DNA from: a virus
Taxonomy: Duplodnaviria; Caudoviricetes
DNA: 64,000 nt
Reading direction: 5' to 3' (one strand)
IMG/VR virus record: IMGVR_UViG_2898907183_000003
Coordinates: 5,759 to 69,758 of that record
Part shown: positions 57,710 through 64,000 of the stretch, piece by piece
How positions within the stretch are numbered: position 1 is the first letter of the stretch
Layout of the letters: each line of letters begins with the position of its first letter
The notes under the pieces: generated by a model
The model's database searches: none
Told to the model about the DNA's origin: nothing
The model's input: only the letters and a program-made list of their open reading frames with translations
Translations under genes and position numbers: made by a program

Positions 57710-57937
57710 ATGATCGAAGGCAAACGGATTGGCCTAACGCCGGATGACGACACCAAAGCGAAACTGATACGTTTATCTATCGCGTGTAAGAAGCATCCGA
57801 CGACTCTGGCGCTAGAACTCGTGAGGTTATGCGTGAACAATCCGAACATCATCGAGTTTGTTCAGCGACAGTACGGGGCCGATGAGCGATTTAGGGTGCG
57901 GTATCGAATCGAAGGGGATGCGGTGATTTACGACTAA
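57710..57937 (+). CDS. Small putative DNA-binding (RHH-like) protein
   Basis: KAKLIRLSIACKKHPTTLALELV; GGAGG RBS. Confidence 0.6.
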   Translation: MIEGKRIGLTPDDDTKAKLIRLSIACKKHPTTLALELVRLCVNNPNIIEFVQRQYGADERFRVRYRIEGDAVIYD

Positions 57938-58023
57938 CGCGTAAGATCAACGATAAGTTTCAGCGCGAGAAGTCCGGTTCCTCCGGCAACGAGCGCATAG
58001 CCAGCGTAAACGAGAAGCGGCAT
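57934..58023 (-). CDS. 29-aa hydrophobic peptide (MPLLVYAGYALVAGGTGLLALKLIVDLTR)
   Basis: AGGAGG 7 nt upstream; single TM; not in ORF track. Confidence 0.65.
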   Translation of the reverse strand: MPLLVYAGYALVAGGTGLLALKLIVDLTR

Positions 58024-58051
58024 CGAGATTCCTCCTAATGTGTTTGAACGA

Positions 58052-58081
58052 TATTATGCCCAACGGAAAGGGGAGGTATTC
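58052..58081 (-). promoter_or_regulatory. sigmaG-type (forespore) promoter
   Basis: GAATA-N18-CATAATA on the minus strand matches the sigmaG consensus. Confidence 0.55.
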
Positions 58082-58498
58082 GTGTTTCTGACGATTGCTT
58101 TACCGAAATTTAAACGCGACCGATACGAGGTGATACCGTGGCGCGATTTTTTCGACGAGATGGGGAGTGTGTTGACTCCGCGACAAAAACGAACGATCAA
58201 CGCTCTCCTTGCGGGAACAGCGGCGGCATACGTGTTGCGCTTGGGGCACGCGGAAGCGTCTGGGATCGCAGACAAGATCGTCAACGCGTTCAATCCTATA
58301 ATCGACTTGACCCAGGGGCTCGCGTACCCGATATCGTTTCTCATGATCACGGGAGGGTTCCTGCTCATTATGATCGGCCAGCGGTCGAAGGGACTCGCAA
58401 TGTTGAAGTGGGCGGCGATCGGCTACATCGGGATTCAGTTCGCGCCCGCGATCATGCAGATACTGGTGAGCGTAGGCAAGGCGATGGTGGCGCGCTAG
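58082..58498 (+). CDS. TrbC/VirB2-like pilin-type membrane protein
   Basis: AEA cleavage-like site, then LAYPISFLMITGG..IMIG..SKGL.MLKWAAIGYIGIQFAP. Confidence 0.65.
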   Translation: MFLTIALPKFKRDRYEVIPWRDFFDEMGSVLTPRQKRTINALLAGTAAAYVLRLGHAEASGIADKIVNAFNPIIDLTQGLAYPISFLMITGGFLLIMIGQRSKGLAMLKWAAIGYIGIQFAPAIMQILVSVGKAMVAR

Positions 58499-60657
58499 TC
58501 CACCTGCGGATAACACCGGATGCACGCTTGAGTAACGAAGCCGTCGAGCAATTCGCGCAAACTCTCTGCGTGTATCAATCGCCTCTCGAACGATGGAACC
58601 CGGCCAAGCGCCGAATTGAGCGTGCGCCCTTTGTGTCATTCGAAACCGTATTGTCGCGGAAGGACTCGGCATTTACCGTTACAGTACTACGGGAATACGA
58701 ATCTCTGGCGCGGAAAGCCATCGAATCAACGTGGCCGAACGTAACGATTACGGAGATTGCCGACCCGTTTACCTCGCGACCTGAAATAACGGCAACGCTC
58801 GAATTGAACTACCATTACATGTTCGCGATTCGCGTGGACCGGCGCGAAATATCGTTTCTGGCGTCTCTCCTCGAAACCATCAACGCGCTTGACGAAGTTG
58901 ACGGGGTGTACGTGCAGACGCTCGCGGTCCCGGCCGAAAAGGACTGGTACGAAGGCGCGGCGCAAGCATACGAACGGTTTAAAGCGGGCGAGATGCCGCA
59001 GAAACTCGCGTTGAACAAGCGGACGGCTGGCCGGACCGCGTTAAAACTCGCCACGAAAACGGTCCTCGGCGCAATTTCGGTCGTAACCGAACTCATGACG
59101 GGAGAGGAACCGGAACCCATCAACATCGACGGCGGAGAGCGCGCGGCCATCCTTCGCGACGGCAAATTACGGTCGGAAACACTGAATAAGACGCGAGGGG
59201 ACGCGTACGACGTAACGGTGCGCATAGGCGTTGTGTGCGCGGACAAATCGCGAGCCAAAGCAATCATGCGAATGGTCACGATGGCGTTCCGTGAACTTGA
59301 CGGAGACAACCACCTGGTCGCGAATGAAACTGATGCAGACCGTACATGGCGGAAGATGCGGGAGCGTACGATGGGCCTCCGTCTGCAGCGCAATTACATG
59401 AGCATACCGGAAGTCTCGCGCCTATTCCTATTGCCGACGCGACCGTTGCAAGAGCGCTACCACATCGAGAACGTCCGCCTACTCGAAACAGGAATACCGG
59501 CGGAAATATCGGCGGGCGGCCTGCGGTTGGGCACGGTAACGCATAAGGGCGTCGCGCAAACGGTCTACATGCCAACGGATAATTACGATGAACTCTGCTT
59601 GCCGCGCGTAGTGATTGGCGGAATGGGCAGCGGAAAGACAACGTTCGGCGCGAACCTGCTCGTCGAGGCCGTGCGGAATGGTTTCGGTGGCCTTGCGATT
59701 GATCCCGCGAAAGGACAGATCGGCGATATGGTGGCGGCCGCGTTACCGAGTGACCGCGTAACACGGATACGCATTGACGGCATGACCCCGTTCGCTCTCG
59801 ATTTCTGCGAAGTCGCCCGATCACCTCGCGCAAGGAACCGGTTGGCTAACGCGATCATCTCGTTCTTCAATACGGCGACCGACGAGGCTGGAGCGCAGAC
59901 CGCCCGTTATCTCCGCGCGACGATCTTCGCGATGCAAACGTCGAAGCTAGCGGAAATCATGCGGATACTTGAGGACGCGGCGTACCGTGACGAGTTGATA
60001 TCGAAGATGCCCGCCGGGATCCATCGATCAACGCTCGAAGACTTTTCGCGGATGACCGATGCCAAACGGGCGCAAGTGATGGCCCCAATTTACAACCGAC
60101 TCGATACGATCCTGGGCGACGAGTATCTGGCGGAGTGTTTCGCGTCCGACAACTCGATTGATATGGTCGCGCTGATGAGCGAGAAGAAAGCGGTGGTCAT
60201 CGACGTTCCAAAAGCAGCGCTCGGGGCCGAATCGGTTGACCTTATCGTAAATCTTCTCGCGGTCAAGATGGATCTTGCGATGATATTGCGGAAGGAAACC
60301 GATCAATTCCCGTTCTTCATCGTGTTTGACGAGCCGCACCAGTTCCTTCGATCGGCGCGCACGTGGAGATCAGCGGCGGTCGAATCGCGGAAATGGCGGG
60401 TGGCCTACGCGTGGCTGTTTCATTCGTGGGAGCAGATACCGGGCGACCTGGCGGAGATTATTCGGAGCGCCGGTCCGCATTATCACGTGTTCCGCGCGAG
60501 TAAGAAGACGTTCCGGGAGCTGGCGGAGGAGCTTGCGCCGTTTACCGTGGAGGATTTCGTGAAGATGCCGCGATTCCACGCGCTCAATGTGTTACGGGTG
60601 GGTGACGCGCAGCATACGGTGTTCATGGCGAAGATGGCTAGTCAAGGTATTTTATAA
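58138..60657 (+). CDS. VirB4/VirD4/HerA-like ATPase (start uncertain, 58138-58528)
   Basis: Walker A GGMGSGKT, AIDPAKG, Walker B VFDEPHQF, SRKWR. Confidence 0.85.
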   Translation: MARFFRRDGECVDSATKTNDQRSPCGNSGGIRVALGARGSVWDRRQDRQRVQSYNRLDPGARVPDIVSHDHGRVPAHYDRPAVEGTRNVEVGGDRLHRDSVRARDHADTGERRQGDGGALVHLRITPDARLSNEAVEQFAQTLCVYQSPLERWNPAKRRIERAPFVSFETVLSRKDSAFTVTVLREYESLARKAIESTWPNVTITEIADPFTSRPEITATLELNYHYMFAIRVDRREISFLASLLETINALDEVDGVYVQTLAVPAEKDWYEGAAQAYERFKAGEMPQKLALNKRTAGRTALKLATKTVLGAISVVTELMTGEEPEPINIDGGERAAILRDGKLRSETLNKTRGDAYDVTVRIGVVCADKSRAKAIMRMVTMAFRELDGDNHLVANETDADRTWRKMRERTMGLRLQRNYMSIPEVSRLFLLPTRPLQERYHIENVRLLETGIPAEISAGGLRLGTVTHKGVAQTVYMPTDNYDELCLPRVVIGGMGSGKTTFGANLLVEAVRNGFGGLAIDPAKGQIGDMVAAALPSDRVTRIRIDGMTPFALDFCEVARSPRARNRLANAIISFFNTATDEAGAQTARYLRATIFAMQTSKLAEIMRILEDAAYRDELISKMPAGIHRSTLEDFSRMTDAKRAQVMAPIYNRLDTILGDEYLAECFASDNSIDMVALMSEKKAVVIDVPKAALGAESVDLIVNLLAVKMDLAMILRKETDQFPFFIVFDEPHQFLRSARTWRSAAVESRKWRVAYAWLFHSWEQIPGDLAEIIRSAGPHYHVFRASKKTFRELAEELAPFTVEDFVKMPRFHALNVLRVGDAQHTVFMAKMASQGIL

Positions 60658-60703
60658 AGGAATTGAATATGTTTCCGTTGAAAAGTACCCCTGAGGTGAT
60701 CTT

Positions 60704-61333
60704 ATGGTTTGGAACCCTTTTAAAAGGGAAAGGCCGAAGGGGTATATCAAATTTTTGGGCATGGAAAGTTGGTGGTTGTCGTTAACGGATGATCAGAGAA
60801 GCCAATGTAGATCAGCATTTGAGTATGCAATAAACTCCAGCCCTGATGTTGTGGATAAAACCAACATCTCGGATTCGACAATGAGCAAGCAAAGCCTTTT
60901 ACGACTTTTTGCAACAGCAGCTATGGATACGGATTTTAAGGAATCGCTATTTCAAATGGCGGAAAATGAAGCTGTGAGAGTGGGAGACTACGCGGAATTA
61001 CACTATATATACTTAGCGTGGTGGAACATGTATAAACGGTTGTGGAAGCAAGATCCAAACTATTTTCAAAAATTGGAGGAATGTCTAAAAAAGGACATGG
61101 CTATTCACGAAATTTTTTATGAAAAAATTAAAGCGGAAGGATGGAGAACACTTCCTGGGTATCCTGCATTTAAAGAATTGGCGTTACTTTATGAAAGGAT
61201 TGGCAATATCGAGTCTGCGATATTGGTAGTTGAAGACGCAATCGCTCGAAGTGTCGTCGAAGAGACATCATTCGAAAGAAGGTTATCAAGACTAAGAAAG
61301 ATGAAGGAGAAAACCGATGGGTGTCGCCATTAA
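60704..61333 (+). CDS. AT-rich accessory protein with TPR-like C-terminus
   Basis: FKELALLYERIGNIESAILVVEDAI helix pair; GAGGTG RBS; last gene before attR. Confidence 0.75.
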   Translation: MVWNPFKRERPKGYIKFLGMESWWLSLTDDQRSQCRSAFEYAINSSPDVVDKTNISDSTMSKQSLLRLFATAAMDTDFKESLFQMAENEAVRVGDYAELHYIYLAWWNMYKRLWKQDPNYFQKLEECLKKDMAIHEIFYEKIKAEGWRTLPGYPAFKELALLYERIGNIESAILVVEDAIARSVVEETSFERRLSRLRKMKEKTDGCRH

Positions 61334-61391
61334 AATTTGCAGTAATCCGGTCCTATACGCTATAATTGTCACGGGAATGAGCATGCGTGTG

Positions 61392-61423
61392 GGACTAACG
61401 AATGGACTATCGTTGGACTAACG
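61392..61423 (+). repeat. Three GGACTA(A/T)CG repeats, integrase arm-type sites
   Basis: Copies at 61392, 61404 and 61415, about 65 bp before the att core. Confidence 0.65.
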
Positions 61424-61487
61424 TGATTTCCGGAGATGGACAAGCGGGGCGACAAAACGGGGTGGGTTAACGGGACCCCAATCGCTA

Positions 61488-61533
61488 CTTGACAGGGTGG
61501 GGGTCGCTGGTTCGAACCCAGTCCGGATCACCA
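61488..61533 (+). tRNA. 3' half of tRNA-Val(GAC), attR core (not an intact tRNA)
   Basis: CTTGACA anticodon loop, GGTCGCTGGTTCGAACCCAG T-arm, ends ATCACCA; no D-arm or 5' acceptor strand upstream. Confidence 0.88.
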
Positions 61534-61546
61534 TACATAAGTAGTG

Positions 61547-61580
61547 GAAACCCTTGAGAAATCAAGGGTTTTTGATTTTT
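61547..61580 (+). terminator. Hairpin after tRNA fragment
   Basis: AAACCCTTGA-GAAA-TCAAGGGTTT plus T-rich tract. Confidence 0.7.
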
Positions 61581-61755
61581 CATTTTGTGGTCGGGACAAA
61601 AAATGGGGGTGAAAACGCCTTGTGGTCACAGTATGGTCTCAAGGGTTTCACCCAGAAATTACGTGGTTCCAAACAGCATTTTCAGTATTCGAAAAAATAA
61701 TTGCAATTTTTTGGTAAGTATTTTATTGTAGATCTGAAATTAAGGAGGGATTAAC

Positions 61756-63060
61756 TTGAAAACTTTAAAACTAAAGCACTTTTCTATAAAGGGCCTGTTT
61801 GGTTACAAAAACATAGAAATTCCGTTTAATGAGAACATTAAAATCTTGGTGGGAGAAAATGGTATCGGGAAGACGACCATTTTGAATATTCTGTATTATA
61901 CACTTGCATGTAAATTTGAAAAATTAGAGGATATTGATTTTGAGACAATTAGACTAGAGTTTTATTCAGGCAATTATATTGAGATTAATAAGTCGGAATT
62001 AGAAATGTATTTTCCGAGTACGAATATTGAATATTTACGGAATTACTTAAGTGATAGGGAGTGGCATGACTTACTTAGGCATAAGGAAATGGGGAGAATT
62101 CCTCATATATTTGTTGAAAGATTGGCTAGGAGAACTGATTTAAATGAAAAACAGGTATATCAGGAGATAAAGAAATTTATAACGAGTGACTCAAGTCGTG
62201 AAACAAATGATTATATTAACAACTTTAAAAATATTATTGAATCGGAATTTAACTGTGAAATATTTTATTTCCCTACTTACCGAAGAATTGAAGAAGACTT
62301 ACATAAACTTGGTATTGAGGAGTATAATGGAAAATTAATTCAATTTGGAATGACAGATGTTGAAAGAGCATTTAAGAGAATAACTCAAGAAATTAAAGAC
62401 TCAGCTATTCAATGGTTTTCGAAGGTAAACGGTGAAATGTTGAGCCAACTAATATCGGGCATTAATGTAACCGAAGAAATGATTAACAGTATCCAAAGAG
62501 ACGCTCTTAAAATTGTCTTAGATAGAGTTGGTAACAATATTAGTGATGAGTACAAGGAAAGAATAGATGACCTAATAAAAAATGATCTACTACGTAATAC
62601 TACTTATGAACCATTAGTGTATTTTCTTTCAAATCTTATAAAAATTTATCAACAGCAGCGGGAAAAAGATGAAGCAATCCAACAATTTGCTGAAATTTGT
62701 AATAAGTATCTAGTTGGGAAAAAAGTTGAGTATGATGAGAGTTCAGTAGAGATTAGTATTAAGCAAAATGGTAGAAAAATAGACATAAGTAAACTTTCAT
62801 CGGGTGAAAAGCAAATTGTATCGTTATTTTCAAGAATATTTCTTGACTCTAATAAAGAATTTATTATTTTGTTTGACGAACCAGAACTTTCCTTATCAAT
62901 TGATTGGCAGAGTCAATTACTGCCTGATATTTTAAACTCCAAGAGATGTTCATTTATGTTTGTAGTAACCCATTCTCCATTTATTTTTGAAAATGACCTT
63001 GATATATATGCAAAGGGTCTAAGTTCGTATATTTCGGAGGAACCTTATGGATTATGCTGA
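61756..63060 (+). CDS. ariA: ABC/AAA_21-type ATPase, PARIS AriA-like
   Basis: GENGIGKT, YFPTYRRIE, LSSGEKQ, ILFDEPE, VVTHS. Confidence 0.8.
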   Translation: MKTLKLKHFSIKGLFGYKNIEIPFNENIKILVGENGIGKTTILNILYYTLACKFEKLEDIDFETIRLEFYSGNYIEINKSELEMYFPSTNIEYLRNYLSDREWHDLLRHKEMGRIPHIFVERLARRTDLNEKQVYQEIKKFITSDSSRETNDYINNFKNIIESEFNCEIFYFPTYRRIEEDLHKLGIEEYNGKLIQFGMTDVERAFKRITQEIKDSAIQWFSKVNGEMLSQLISGINVTEEMINSIQRDALKIVLDRVGNNISDEYKERIDDLIKNDLLRNTTYEPLVYFLSNLIKIYQQQREKDEAIQQFAEICNKYLVGKKVEYDESSVEISIKQNGRKIDISKLSSGEKQIVSLFSRIFLDSNKEFIILFDEPELSLSIDWQSQLLPDILNSKRCSFMFVVTHSPFIFENDLDIYAKGLSSYISEEPYGLC

Positions 63061-64000
63061 TAAATTAAGAGAAAGAAGAGATAGTCATGTAGTGGTATTT
63101 CGAAAATTTGTGAGTCTATTCAAAGATAATAAAAATGATCTTTATTGTTTTGTAGAGGGAGAGGACAGTGTATATTACGGACCAAGAATCTATCAAACAT
63201 ATAAAACAAATTTTCATTTCTTTAGATGTTCTGGAAAAGATGGAGTTTTAAGGTTAGTAAAGATGATATCTGAAAGTCAAGAATATCTAGAAGCTAAAGT
63301 ATTCTATTTTGTTGACAGGGACTTTGATGAATCAATTAATGATCCAAAAATATACGAAACTCCATGCTACTCAATTGAAAATTTATATACTTCTAGAGAA
63401 GTCTTCGAAAGAATTTTAAAATGTGAATTTCAATTAACTAATGTAGACGAAGATTTTAATAAAGTTGTAGATTTATATGTTAAAAGGCAACAAGAATTCC
63501 ATGATGCAGTTCTGTTATTGAACGCGTGGATTGCATGTCATAAAGAAAGACAAAAGAATAATCCTAACGTCACTAAATTAAATTTAAAAGAAAATCTAAA
63601 GAAGGAAGTATTTTATAGATTGGTCGATATTAAGCTAGGCCAAGTAAGTCAAAAATATAGTCTAGATGATCTTCAAAAAATATTCCCTGAGGTGGGAGAA
63701 TTTAGCGAAGAAGAACTTAACACCAAAATGATACATTTTGGGTCTGTTGACCGCCAAAAAACATTTAGAGGTAAATTTGAAATATTATTTTTAAAAAAGA
63801 TACTTGAACAGATTGCATCTGACGCAAATAAAAAATCACCCGAATTATTTAAAGAAAAAGTAAAAAATACTTTAAACTTATCTGGTAACTTACTTTCAAT
63901 TCTTTCTCCTTATGCAGAGACACCTGAATGCCTTGAAATATATATACGTCGATATTTAATTGATCAGGAGAGAATAGGATTACCCATTGCGAGTGCCTAA
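63047..64000 (+). CDS. ariB: DUF4435 TOPRIM nuclease, PARIS AriB-like
   Basis: FVEGED, FVDRDFD, YSIEN, RGK motifs; overlaps ATPase stop. Confidence 0.78.
   Translation: MDYADKLRERRDSHVVVFRKFVSLFKDNKNDLYCFVEGEDSVYYGPRIYQTYKTNFHFFRCSGKDGVLRLVKMISESQEYLEAKVFYFVDRDFDESINDPKIYETPCYSIENLYTSREVFERILKCEFQLTNVDEDFNKVVDLYVKRQQEFHDAVLLLNAWIACHKERQKNNPNVTKLNLKENLKKEVFYRLVDIKLGQVSQKYSLDDLQKIFPEVGEFSEEELNTKMIHFGSVDRQKTFRGKFEILFLKKILEQIASDANKKSPELFKEKVKNTLNLSGNLLSILSPYAETPECLEIYIRRYLIDQERIGLPIASA

Larger units (their letters stand above)
1..61533. mobile_element. Temperate myovirus prophage (left part outside window), integrated at tRNA-Val(GAC)
   Basis: Continuous replication-packaging-head-contractile tail-lysis gene order, ending at a tRNA 3' half with arm-type repeats; sharp drop in GC beyond it. 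Confidence 0.93.

Noticed and set aside
61488-61533. Intact functional tRNA-Val
   Set aside because: The 5' acceptor strand and D-arm are missing; it is the att duplication.
1-64000. CRISPR, TIGR-like or other repeat-spacer arrays
   Set aside because: No three or more equal-length repeats with unique spacers were seen; the only repeats are operators, iterons and arm sites.
1-64000. Diversity-generating retroelement or retron
   Set aside because: No reverse transcriptase motif in any ORF, and no template/variable repeat pair seen by eye near the tail genes.

Overview
Positions 1-~61,530 are the right-hand ~61 kb of a GC-rich temperate myovirus prophage of a Bacillales host. The SLH-domain endolysin, LexA box and sigmaG-type promoter point to a spore-forming Paenibacillaceae/Bacillaceae-type host. 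The integrase end lies left of the window. Gene order: replication and nucleotide metabolism (DnaC-like loader, DnaB-like helicase, primase, sigma-like factor, gp32-like SSB, PolA, exonuclease, RuvC, class II RNR, dUTPase, ThyA, dNMP kinase, two orphan DNA MTases); a regulatory/accessory block; RepL-like initiator with iterons; packaging and head; XkdK-XkdU-type contractile tail; lysis; YolD; a VirB2-like/VirB4-like module; and attR, a 3' half of tRNA-Val(GAC). Beyond attR is an AT-rich ABC-ATPase + DUF4435 TOPRIM pair matching the PARIS anti-phage system. The least explained elements are: (i) a ~310-nt highly structured, possibly pseudoknotted non-coding region inside one of two duplicated repressor/operator cassettes; (ii) an HNH nuclease fused to a large-serine-recombinase DNA-binding domain, paired divergently with a small serine resolvase between terS and terL; (iii) a pilin-like + coupling-ATPase module with a divergent sigmaG-promoter micropeptide; (iv) an unannotated 28-aa type-I-toxin-like peptide with a structured leader; (v) repeated use of ATC/ATT/CTG start codons. 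All calls are by eye from motifs; no database searches or folding programs were run.
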